In this document: positions 27,717 to 35,460 of the stretch, piece after piece
Numbering within the stretch: position 1 is the stretch's first letter
How the letters are laid out: each line of letters begins with the position of its first letter
From: an uncultured Clostridia bacterium
Lineage (GTDB): Bacteria > Bacillota > Clostridia > Christensenellales > UBA1242
Assembly (NCBI GenBank): GCA_934772525.1
Contig: CAKVMI010000001.1
Coordinates: forward strand, 118,613 to 182,612
Direction: 5' to 3'
DNA length: 64,000 nt
Translations under genes and position numbers: made by a program
The notes under the pieces: generated by a model
Seen by the model: only the letters and a program-made list of their open reading frames with translations
The model's database searches: none
Told to the model about the DNA's origin: nothing

Positions 27717-28115
27717 TTAATTGTCGTAAATAGCGGTGTAGATTTCTAAAATTGTTGCTATATCTGACGCTATTTGGTTTGTAAGATTGTTTGCAAGTGT
27801 TCCAGTTTTGTTTTCAGACAATAAACTCATTAGTGAACCACAGTTAAATTGCAAACTAAATAAACATTTTGAAAGTTCTAGTGGGGTTGGAATGTCGTAA
27901 TCGTAAGAATTTGCATTTTGTATATTAAATGCTACGTTAAATTCTTCAAATACATCGTTTTTCATAGTTTTTAGAAGACCTTGTGCTTCTTTGGTGTATT
28001 TCATAGATTCTTGAAGATTGCCGTCATTCATTGCAATCTCGCTAGAAATTAACAATTTGCCGACATGGGCTGAGTGGCTTACAAGTTCGGTTAATAGTGA
28101 AAAATGTTCGTTCAT
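27717..28115 (-). CDS. Hypothetical helical protein
   Basis: 132 aa, AAGGAG RBS, co-directional with and just upstream of the ferritin-like gene. Confidence 0.5.
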   Translation of the reverse strand: MNEHFSLLTELVSHSAHVGKLLISSEIAMNDGNLQESMKYTKEAQGLLKTMKNDVFEEFNVAFNIQNANSYDYDIPTPLELSKCLFSLQFNCGSLMSLLSENKTGTLANNLTNQIASDIATILEIYTAIYDN

Positions 28116-28261
28116 GTGTTACTCCTTTTATTGCTTTACAAAATAATTTTAACATAATTTGGTCAAATTTTAAAACTTATTTTTGCTTTATAAAAAATAA
28201 TTTTGCGGTAAGTTAGTTAATTTTTATAGAATAGAAAAACATAAAAAACTTAATAAAGCAC

Positions 28262-28290
28262 TTGCATTTATTATAAAATTATGGTAAAAT
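28262..28290 (+). promoter_or_regulatory. Promoter of tRNA-Leu
   Basis: TTGCAT, 17-nt spacer, TAAAAT with a TGn extended -10, about 38 nt upstream of the tRNA 5' end. Confidence 0.7.
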
Positions 28291-28328
28291 ATTTTTTGTA
28301 GTTGAGTGGCTACCATATTTTAATTTTT

Positions 28329-28415
28329 GCCGAAGTGGTGAAATTGGCAGACGCGCTGGACTCAAAATCCAGTTGGGGCAACTCAGTGCGGGTTCAAGTC
28401 CCGCCTTCGGCACCA
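28329..28415 (+). tRNA. tRNA-Leu (anticodon CAA)
   Basis: GCCGAAGTGGTGAAATTGGCAGACGCGCTGGACTCAAAATCCAGTTGGGGCAACTCAGTGCGGGTTCAAGTCCCGCCTTCGGCACCA. Long variable arm, anticodon loop CTCAAAA, CCA encoded. Confidence 0.95.
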
Positions 28416-28447
28416 AAAAAATGCAAGTCTTATGGGCTTGCATTTTT
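28416..28447 (+). terminator. Terminator hairpin after tRNA-Leu (copy 1 of a dispersed element)
   Basis: ATGCAAGTC-TTATG-GGCTTGCAT followed by a T5 run. A near-identical copy lies at 31146-31178. Confidence 0.7.
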
Positions 28448-28619
28448 GTTACTCCGGCGTGACGGCGGGCTATTAGCCCGCACGAAAAACGATGTTTTTC
28501 GTTTGAACCAAGTTAGTCGTAGGGCTTACAAGTAGGTAGTCGCAAGGCTTGCAAGGTAGTTGTAACGCATACAACAGCAAGCCTTAGTGTAGCGGCAAAT
28601 ATTCGCATACGCTCATATT
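28448..28619 (+). other. GC-enriched, hairpin-dense non-coding segment
   Basis: Hairpins GCGGGC-TATTA-GCCCGC and ACGAAAAAC-GAT-GTTTTTCGT. Tandem units of about 24 nt (GTCGTAGGGCTTACAAGTAG / GTCGCAAGGCTTGCAAGGTAG). GGCTTGC...GCAAGCC encloses TTGTA-ACGCA-TACAA. Clearly richer in G+C than its surroundings. Confidence 0.3.
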
Positions 28620-28643
28620 GACAAGACCCGCCTTCGGCACCAA
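28620..28643 (+). repeat. Direct repeat of the tRNA-Leu 3' end (att-like)
   Basis: CAAGACCCGCCTTCGGCACCAA matches tRNA positions 28394-28416 (CAAGTCCCGCCTTCGGCACCAA) with one mismatch. No matching 5' acceptor strand lies upstream, so this is not a second tRNA. Confidence 0.7.
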
Positions 28644-28781
28644 GTAAACAAGAAGATAAGTCTTACAGGCTTTTCTTTTTTTACTATATAATTTAGCCGT
28701 ACATTATAAATTTAAAAAATATATTGAAAAGCTGGAAGTACTATGATATAATGAAACCAATCAAAATAAAGTGAGATTGAT

Positions 28782-29804
28782 ATGAGTAAGAATTGGAAAT
28801 TAAAATATAGAAGCAGTAAAGGTTACTGGTATGAAGATAAAAATGGTGAAAGAAGCCAAATATTTTATTGTGCTTACAAATATTCCAACGGTTTTGGTTT
28901 GGTTCAGTTAGAAAACAGAAAGTATGCATATAGAGATGTAAATGGAAATCTAAGTGAAGAATATAGGTATGCATATCCATATTCCAACGGCTTTGGTTTG
29001 GTTCGGTTAGAAAACGGAAAGTATGCATATAGAGATGTAAATGGAAATCTAAGTGGAGAATATAGGTATGCAAGTTCATATTCCTACGGCTTGGGTTCGG
29101 TTGAGTTAGAAAACGGAAATTGGGCATATAGAGATGTAAATGGAAAATTAAGTGAAGAATATGAGTTGGCTGGCTCATATTACGACGGCTTTGGTTCGGT
29201 TGAGTTAGAAAACGGAAATTGGGCATACAGAGATGTGAATGGAAAATTGAGCGAAGAGTATGAAGATGCGGAGACATATTCAAATGGCTTTGGTTTGGTT
29301 CTGTTAGAAAATGGGAAGTATGCATATAGAGATGTGAATGGGAAATTGAGTGAAGAGTATGAAGCTGCTGAGCCATATGAAGAAGACGGTTTTGGTTTGG
29401 TTCAGTTAAAAAACGGAAAGTATGCATATAGAGATGTCGATGGTAATCTTTTTAATAGAAGCGAATGTAACACAATAAAAAGATTCAATAAAGGCGATGT
29501 TGATGTATACAGTTTAGAAGATAAATTTTTTGCTAACGACAAACTTCTAGCATCAATTCTAAAAAAGTTGAAGAGAGATGCATACCGATTTATTAAACTA
29601 GCCCAAAACAAAGAACAACTTGAAACTGCTAAACGTTATTATTTAGATGCAATGGAGTATGTTTTATCCACTGCTCATGATATTAGAAAGGAAAACGAAA
29701 AACAAAAGAAACTTGAAGAGCAAGAAAGAATAAAAAAGAAACAAGAAGCAGACAAATGGTCGGCTATTCAAGACAAATTGATAGAAGAATTAAATTTAAA
29801 ATAG
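28782..29804 (+). CDS. WG/KWG-type beta-repeat protein, paralogue 1
   Basis: Seven repeats of 31-33 aa (G.YAYRDVNGKLSEEY..A.PYSNGFGLV.LENGK), then a helical C-terminal domain. No signal peptide. Confidence 0.8.
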   Translation: MSKNWKLKYRSSKGYWYEDKNGERSQIFYCAYKYSNGFGLVQLENRKYAYRDVNGNLSEEYRYAYPYSNGFGLVRLENGKYAYRDVNGNLSGEYRYASSYSYGLGSVELENGNWAYRDVNGKLSEEYELAGSYYDGFGSVELENGNWAYRDVNGKLSEEYEDAETYSNGFGLVLLENGKYAYRDVNGKLSEEYEAAEPYEEDGFGLVQLKNGKYAYRDVDGNLFNRSECNTIKRFNKGDVDVYSLEDKFFANDKLLASILKKLKRDAYRFIKLAQNKEQLETAKRYYLDAMEYVLSTAHDIRKENEKQKKLEEQERIKKKQEADKWSAIQDKLIEELNLK

Positions 29805-30078
29805 TTAAGAACTTCAATTATGAAAATCTGATTGACATAAAAAATTTTTAATAAAAATGATTTGACAATCAAACTACAGAAAAAAAAGATAGACAAAAAC
29901 GATTTTGATTATATACAAATAAGTAAACCAAGAAGAAAGTCGGATAAAACCCAATGGGTTAAGTAAGGCTTTCTTTTTTATTGTAAAAATTAGCCATACG
30001 GGGTAAACTCTGTGTAGGTATTGACAAACGGATAGTGTTATGCTACAATATGGCAAATTAAAATAAATGGAGATTAAT

Positions 30079-30999
30079 ATGAGTAAGAATTGGAAGTTGA
30101 AACATAATATCGGTATAGGTTTTTGGTATGAAGATGAAAATGGTGAAAAAAGCGAAATATTTAAGTATGCTAAAGAATATTCAAACGGCTTTGGTATGGT
30201 TTGGTTAAAAAATGATAGATGGGCGTATAGAGATGCAAGCGGGAAGTTGAGCAAAAAGTATTGGAATATTTGGCCATATTCAAACGGCTTCGGTTTGGTT
30301 CAGTTGGAAAATAAAAATTATGCATATAGAGATGTGAATGGGAAGTTAAGCGAAGAATATAAAATTGCTTTTTTATATACCGATGGATTCAGTGCGGTTA
30401 AGTTAAAAAATGGAAGATATGCATATAGAGATGCAAGTGGAAACTTAAGTGAAGAATATAGAGAAGCTAGTCCATATATTAATGGCTTTGGTGCAGTTAA
30501 ACTAGAAAATGGAAAGTATGCATACAGAGATGTAAATGGAAATTTGAGTGAAGAATATGAAATGGCTTGGTCATATATTGAAGGATTCGGTAAAGTAAAG
30601 TTAGAAAATGGAGAGTGGGCATATAGAGATGTTGATGGCAATCTTTTTAGTGAAAACGAATATAATAAAGTATATAGATTTTATGAAGGTAAAGTCGATG
30701 TATACGATTTAGAAGACGAAGTATTTGCTAACGACGAACCTTTAACATCAATTCTAAAGAAATTGAAGAGAGATGCATACAGATTTATTAAACTAGCCCA
30801 AAATAGAAAACAACTTGAAGACACTAAACGCTATTATTTAGATGCAATTGAATATGTTTTATCTACTGCCCGTAATATTAGAATGACTGACGAACAAAAA
30901 AAGAAAGAAGAAAAGTTAGAAAAAAGAAATGAGCAACAACAAGAGAAAAATTTCCTTGCAAAGCAGAATGAGTTGTTAGAAGAATTAAATTTAAAATAA
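30079..30999 (+). CDS. WG/KWG-type beta-repeat protein, paralogue 2
   Basis: Same architecture and same N-terminus (MSKNWKLK) as paralogue 1. Start moved to ATG 30079 behind GGAGA. The C-terminal domain is nearly identical at DNA level over long runs. Confidence 0.8.
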   Translation: MSKNWKLKHNIGIGFWYEDENGEKSEIFKYAKEYSNGFGMVWLKNDRWAYRDASGKLSKKYWNIWPYSNGFGLVQLENKNYAYRDVNGKLSEEYKIAFLYTDGFSAVKLKNGRYAYRDASGNLSEEYREASPYINGFGAVKLENGKYAYRDVNGNLSEEYEMAWSYIEGFGKVKLENGEWAYRDVDGNLFSENEYNKVYRFYEGKVDVYDLEDEVFANDEPLTSILKKLKRDAYRFIKLAQNRKQLEDTKRYYLDAIEYVLSTARNIRMTDEQKKKEEKLEKRNEQQQEKNFLAKQNELLEELNLK

Positions 31000-31058
31000 A
31001 AAACAAGCGGAATTGATAGTGTATAATTAAAACACAAACCAAGAAGTGTTAAAAACGA

Positions 31059-31118
31059 AACTGAGTTGTAAAATATAACAAATTCATTCAACTGAGCTGT
31101 AAAATATAACAAATTCAT
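31059..31118 (+). repeat. Tandem direct repeat, about 31 nt x2
   Basis: AACTGAGTTGTAAAATATAACAAATTCAT followed by AACTGAGCTGTAAAATATAACAAATTCAT. Confidence 0.8.
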
Positions 31119-31145
31119 ACAAAAATGATTTTTGATTGAATACAT

Positions 31146-31178
31146 AAAAATGCAAGTCTTATGGGCTTGTATTTTTTT
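31146..31178 (+). repeat. Copy of the tRNA-Leu terminator hairpin
   Basis: AAAAATGCAAGTCTTATGGGCTTGTATTTTT differs from 28416-28447 by one base in the stem. It probably also terminates the WG paralogue 2 transcript. Confidence 0.7.
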
Positions 31179-31589
31179 ATCTCGATATGTTTATGGGTTG
31201 ATGCTTACTTAAGTCTTAGTTAATTGTTTGAAACTAGCAACCCTAAAGTCTTGCAATTGGTAGGTTTTTAGATTGTTGCCAACTTTTATAACTTAGTTAT
31301 GTATATGAACTTGGTAACTCTGAAGTCTTACAAATGGGTAAACCTTTTCGTTCGCAATAAAAATTTGTAGACTCAAAAAAAACATATGAAACTATGTAAA
31401 CTTGACACATTCTGATTTTATGGTATAATTAGTAAAACAATAGTTTAGGCGAAAAGAGAATAAAAAACAAATGAAACATAATTAGTTAATAAAAATTCAA
31501 GGGTGTAAAGAATTTGTTAAATTCATCTTAGGAATCAATAAAGAAAATTAATGGGTTAGAAAACTAACTAATTTTAGGAGTGATGTGTA

Positions 31590-32537
31590 ATGAGTAAAGA
31601 GAGAGCCGTTGAAGAGAATCTGGCAAGGTTGATGTGGCACAGTACAATAAGCAAAGACAGTGTAGACGGAAAAATTGTAGGAAGGCTACGCGGGTTTGAC
31701 TTATTATATCCAACAACAAACGAACATTTGCCTAATCTATTCAAAAGATTAAATACATCTGGTAAAAAGGTTTTGACGGTTGGAAGTTCGGGCGACCAAG
31801 TGTTGTATTCTGTTTTGAATGGAGCAAGCGAAGTAACGCTGGTGGATGTGAATCCATATGCTAAAATGTTTTTAGAGTATAAAATTGCGTCAATAAAAAC
31901 ATTTACATTTGATGAGTTTTTTAAGATATTTAGGTTTTGCCGAGTGAAAGAAATTGTTGACAATGAAACGGATAAAAAGAATATTTCATCTACAGATGAG
32001 TTTATAAATAGTGCTGTATATAGAAAAATTTCGCACAATATGGAAGCTGGCGCAAGAGAATTTTGGGATAGATATTTTTTAGAGTGTAAAGAGCTTTACG
32101 ATGGTTTTATTTCCCGAGAAAAATTATTTCCGGATTCGTATCTTGTAAATGGCGAGGTTTATAATAAACTTTCGAAACAACTAAGAAAAGGGAATACAAA
32201 AATTGATTTTATAAATCAAAACTTAAAAAAAGTGGCACCAATGCTTGGGGATAGAAAATACGATATAATGCTTTTTTCGAATGTTTTAGATTATATGCAA
32301 GGGTTTGCGGTTTCTAGAAAGGCTAGTAATTTTAAAAGAAAGATTGTTGATAAATTAAAAAAGAATTTAGAACCTGGCGGAGTTATGCAAATAGATTATA
32401 CGTTTGAAGATTGCAACAATAAAGAGTTACAGAATGCGATTAGCGAAATATTTTCGGATGGCGAAGTAAAAATTTTGCAACCGAATGGGTTTGTTTTGTA
32501 TAGACCAAGAGAATATACAAAGGACGAAAGGGAGTAG
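31590..32537 (+). CDS. DUF3419 / BtaA-like SAM-dependent transferase
   Basis: KVLTVGSSGDQVLYSVLNGASEVTLVDVNPYAKMFLEYKIASIKTFTFDEFF fits the DUF3419 signature (SaGdn.L..l......v.avD.Np.q..LleLK.aai). C-terminal YDIMLFSNVLDYM. Confidence 0.65.
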   Translation: MSKERAVEENLARLMWHSTISKDSVDGKIVGRLRGFDLLYPTTNEHLPNLFKRLNTSGKKVLTVGSSGDQVLYSVLNGASEVTLVDVNPYAKMFLEYKIASIKTFTFDEFFKIFRFCRVKEIVDNETDKKNISSTDEFINSAVYRKISHNMEAGAREFWDRYFLECKELYDGFISREKLFPDSYLVNGEVYNKLSKQLRKGNTKIDFINQNLKKVAPMLGDRKYDIMLFSNVLDYMQGFAVSRKASNFKRKIVDKLKKNLEPGGVMQIDYTFEDCNNKELQNAISEIFSDGEVKILQPNGFVLYRPREYTKDERE

Positions 32538-32539
32538 AA

Positions 32540-32790
32540 GACCAAAAGCATAAACAGAAAAGATATGATTAAAAGTATAAAATAAAGTGATATAGAAAAA
32601 CAAGGTATAGCAAAAAATCTCAAAAAGAAATAAATACACAAAATAAAAGGGTATAGAAGAATAAAAGCACAAAACGAAGAAATTTAGCAAAATAAAAACC
32701 ATAAAATAACAAGGTATAGCAAAATAAAAAGCATAAATTTTAACGACATAAGGACCTAAAACAAAAACGAAAAGATATAGAAAAACAAAA
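32540..32790 (+). repeat. Purine-rich (mostly A) low-complexity tract with short degenerate repeats
   Basis: About 250 nt that are mostly A with scattered G, T and C. Recurring AAGGTATAGCAAAA (x2), AGGGTATAGAAGAA, GATATAGAAAAACAA (x2) and AAAAGCATAAA (x2). Confidence 0.6.
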
Positions 32791-32848
32791 AAACACAACT
32801 AATTTTTAAAGGTGTACATTACACTGCAGTAAAAATGGTTGTGTTTTA
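32788..32848. terminator. Composite bidirectional terminator
   Basis: Outer stem AAACACAAC/GTTGTGTTT with an inner hairpin GTGTA-CAT-TACAC. An A run lies on one side and a T run on the other. Confidence 0.5.
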
Positions 32849-32929
32849 TATTTGTTATAAAATAAACTTTTATTAAACTTAATAAATATTAACTAAATTA
32901 AATTATAAAAACTTTAGGGTTTTATTTTA

Positions 32930-34693
32930 TTATTCTTCAGTTACGCCGTCTTTAATTTGGCGGTTATATAATGCACGGTAAGTTTTGCTAGTCTTCATAA
33001 GTTCGGCGTGTGTGCCGTGGGCTACAATTAGTCCGCCATCCAAAAAGAATATTTCATCGCAATCTTCTATGGTGGATAGTCTGTGTGCTATTGTAACGAT
33101 TGTCTTATTTTGCTTTAACGAATTGATAGAATCTATGACGTGGTCTTGAGAAATGTTATCTAGTGAACTGGTTGCTTCATCAAATACAATTAGTTTTGCG
33201 TCTTTTAGTAAGGCTCTTGCTATACAAATTCTTTGTTTTTGACCACCAGAAAGTCTGGTTCCTCCTTCGCCTAGGAAACTGTCTAATCGGTTAGGTAAAG
33301 CGTACACAAAGTCGTATGCGTTAGAAAGGCGGAGTGCTTCATAAATTTCTTCGTCTGTAGCGTTTGGTTTAACTAAAAGCATATTTTCCCGAATGGTCAT
33401 ATTGAACAGGTAAGGGAACTGGTTTACCATTGTAACTTGTTTAAAGAACTCTCGAGATAAACTTTCCGCTGGTTTATCGTCATAAAATACCGAACCGCTG
33501 GTAGGGGAGTAGAGTTTACAAATTAAACTAACAATAGTAGATTTACCACATCCGCTTTCGCCGACAAAGGCCACGTGAGTATGTTCTTTAATTTTAAATG
33601 AAACGCCATTTAGTACATTTTTATTTGGGGTGTAGCCAAATTTAACATCCTTAAATTCGATTGAACCTAAAAATTCTGGGTAATCGTCATTGCCGTACTT
33701 ATTAAATTGATATTTAACGCCGTCTTTTAAGTCAAATACACGCCAAGCGGAAACTTCAATTTCTTTTAGATAGTTTTGTAAGTTTCCTAGATGCACGGCA
33801 AACTCCATAACGTGAGACTTATAAACATAAGCGGTGTAGAAAATGGCAATTTCGATGAATCCCCGTTGCATTAAAGTTATACATAGCATTACAAATAGTA
33901 GGTTACAAACAATGCTTACGAAGTTTGCAAAGGCACAAAGTGATACTCCAATATACCACTCTTTATTGTCAGCCTTCATATATTCGGTTTGTTGAATTTC
34001 TATTTGGTTAAGCAGGGTGGATTGCATATCTAGTGTTTTTATATCTTTTATACCACGAATGGTTTCGCCGACGGTGCTATTAACCGTTTCGTTTGCTTTA
34101 TGTACAATTGGTTTATAAATTGAAAAGTAGTAAATTCTGACTTTATAAACATAATATCGAATTATGATAAATGCTAAAAGGAATAGTCCAAGCCAAATAT
34201 TTATGATAGAAATATAAACCAAAAATCCGATTTTGCTCATAAATGAAACTATTGTTTCGGATATGGTTTTAAAGGAGTTACTTAAACTATTTAGGTCGCT
34301 TGTAAGTCTTGTAATAAAGACACCGTTACCCATCTTTTCGTATTGACCGATATTAATATTAAATGAACTATTAATTACATCGACCTTTACATCAAGTTTA
34401 ACTTTGTTTTCGAGCATCTTAAAAAATGGGGTTTGCAAAACGGAAAATCCAAGGTTTACAAGCTCTAGTGCAAACAGTATCCAAGCATAATTTAAGGCAC
34501 TATCAAAGTTGGCGTTTGCAATTTCGGATATTACTTTACCTAAAACAACTGGGGTAAAAAATCCAATAACGCCACACATAATTAGCGTAAACCAAAAGCC
34601 TAAACAAAGCCATTTGTATTTTCTGAAATATTTTAGATATTTACCTAAATTTTTAAAGCCCTTGATGTGATCTTCTTTTGTAACTACTGCCAT
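32930..34693 (-). CDS. ABC exporter, fused permease and ATPase (MsbA/MdlB type)
   Basis: Six-TM N-domain. Walker A GESGCGKST, signature LSGGQKQR, Walker B LIVFDEATSSLD. Confidence 0.9.
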   Translation of the reverse strand: MAVVTKEDHIKGFKNLGKYLKYFRKYKWLCLGFWFTLIMCGVIGFFTPVVLGKVISEIANANFDSALNYAWILFALELVNLGFSVLQTPFFKMLENKVKLDVKVDVINSSFNINIGQYEKMGNGVFITRLTSDLNSLSNSFKTISETIVSFMSKIGFLVYISIINIWLGLFLLAFIIIRYYVYKVRIYYFSIYKPIVHKANETVNSTVGETIRGIKDIKTLDMQSTLLNQIEIQQTEYMKADNKEWYIGVSLCAFANFVSIVCNLLFVMLCITLMQRGFIEIAIFYTAYVYKSHVMEFAVHLGNLQNYLKEIEVSAWRVFDLKDGVKYQFNKYGNDDYPEFLGSIEFKDVKFGYTPNKNVLNGVSFKIKEHTHVAFVGESGCGKSTIVSLICKLYSPTSGSVFYDDKPAESLSREFFKQVTMVNQFPYLFNMTIRENMLLVKPNATDEEIYEALRLSNAYDFVYALPNRLDSFLGEGGTRLSGGQKQRICIARALLKDAKLIVFDEATSSLDNISQDHVIDSINSLKQNKTIVTIAHRLSTIEDCDEIFFLDGGLIVAHGTHAELMKTSKTYRALYNRQIKDGVTEE

Positions 34694-34860
34694 ATTGTTT
34701 GCCCTAATAATTTATACTGTAAACTTGTATAAATTATTTTTTCCTTTATTGTATGTGATTATTTTAGCACACGAATTTTAAAATGCAAAACAAAATAAAA
34801 AAATAAATTATTTTTTTGTAAAAAAAATTGAAGGAAATGTTTGAGTTGATTTTTGGGTCA

Positions 34861-34895
34861 AAAAAAATAAAACAGCGTAAAAAGTAACGCTGTTT
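34861..34895 (-). terminator. Terminator downstream of trmL
   Basis: 9-bp stem AAACAGCGT/ACGCTGTTT, with TTATTTTTTT on the minus strand. Confidence 0.65.
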
Positions 34896-34971
34896 TAAGT
34901 GTATTAATTTGCTTAAATTTATCGAAGTGGAATTGTTTGAATTTAGCACTAATAGCTTCAAAAACTTCAAA

Positions 34972-35460
34972 CTAATCAATTCTACCAGTTAATGCACCCG
35001 TTTCTTTAAGACCTGCAAAATCGTTCTGTCTTAATGCTTCAAACAAAATTATTGCAACTGAGTTTGAAAGGTTTAAACTGCGTGCGTTTTCAACCATTGG
35101 TATTTTGATGCAATCATCTAAGTGCTTTTTTAATAGGCTTTCTCTTAGTCCAAAACTTTCTTTACCAAAGACTATAAAACAATCTTTAGGGTATGTAACA
35201 TCGGTGTATTTTTGCGGACTTTTGGTGGAAGCGAAGAAGAATTTTTTATCTTTGTTATTATCATAAATTTCTTCAAAACTATCTACAACGGTGAAGTCTG
35301 CAAGTGTTAGGTAGTCCATACCTGCACGCTTAAAATGTTTGTCGTCTAGAGTAAATCCTAATGGTTTTACCATGTACAATTTTGTATTTGTTGCCATGCA
35401 AGTACGGATAATATTTCCTGCATTTTGAGGAATTTCGGGTTCTACTAATACAATATTCAT
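34972..35460 (-). CDS. trmL: tRNA (cytidine/uridine-2'-O)-methyltransferase TrmL (SpoU/TrmH family)
   Basis: MNIVLVEPEIPQNAGNIIRTC..., 162 aa, SPOUT knot motifs (LNLSNSVAI). Confidence 0.85.
   Translation of the reverse strand: MNIVLVEPEIPQNAGNIIRTCMATNTKLYMVKPLGFTLDDKHFKRAGMDYLTLADFTVVDSFEEIYDNNKDKKFFFASTKSPQKYTDVTYPKDCFIVFGKESFGLRESLLKKHLDDCIKIPMVENARSLNLSNSVAIILFEALRQNDFAGLKETGALTGRID

Noticed and set aside
28302-28535. 77-aa ORF in the track.
   Set aside because: It runs straight through tRNA-Leu, its terminator and the structured non-coding segment. It has no RBS, so it is an artefact.
28741-29427. 228-aa minus-strand ORF with a striking periodic His/Leu/Phe-rich sequence.
   Set aside because: It is the antisense image of the WG-repeat coding repeats. 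The periodicity is inherited from the plus-strand gene, and it has no RBS. The plus-strand product has a recognisable repeat family and a paralogue.
29874-30254. 126-aa minus-strand ORF spanning the intergenic region between the WG paralogues.
   Set aside because: It covers the promoter, RBS and start of paralogue 2 on the opposite strand, in AT-rich low-complexity sequence.
28416-31180. Whether the WG-repeat segment is an active integrative element.
   Set aside because: No integrase, transposase or excisionase is encoded between the repeats. Only the scar-like repeats remain, so it is reported as a remnant or duplication rather than a mobile element.
32540-32790. Possible degenerate CRISPR array or minisatellite. 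The same question applies to 31190-31340.
   Set aside because: The repeats are short (11-15 nt), imperfect and irregularly spaced. They are not separated by unique spacers of constant length, and there are no cas genes in the window.
32396-32798. Two overlapping minus-strand ORFs (81 and 123 aa) rich in Phe/Leu/Tyr.
   Set aside because: They translate the pyrimidine strand of the A-rich tract. They have no RBS and overlap the 3' end of the methyltransferase gene.
34764-34979. 71-aa ORF between the ABC exporter and trmL. A 70-aa ORF at 37083-37295 is similar.
   Set aside because: Both lie in AT-rich intergenic DNA that holds promoters and terminators of the flanking genes (hairpins at 34861-34895 and 37195-37228). 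Their translations are low-complexity.
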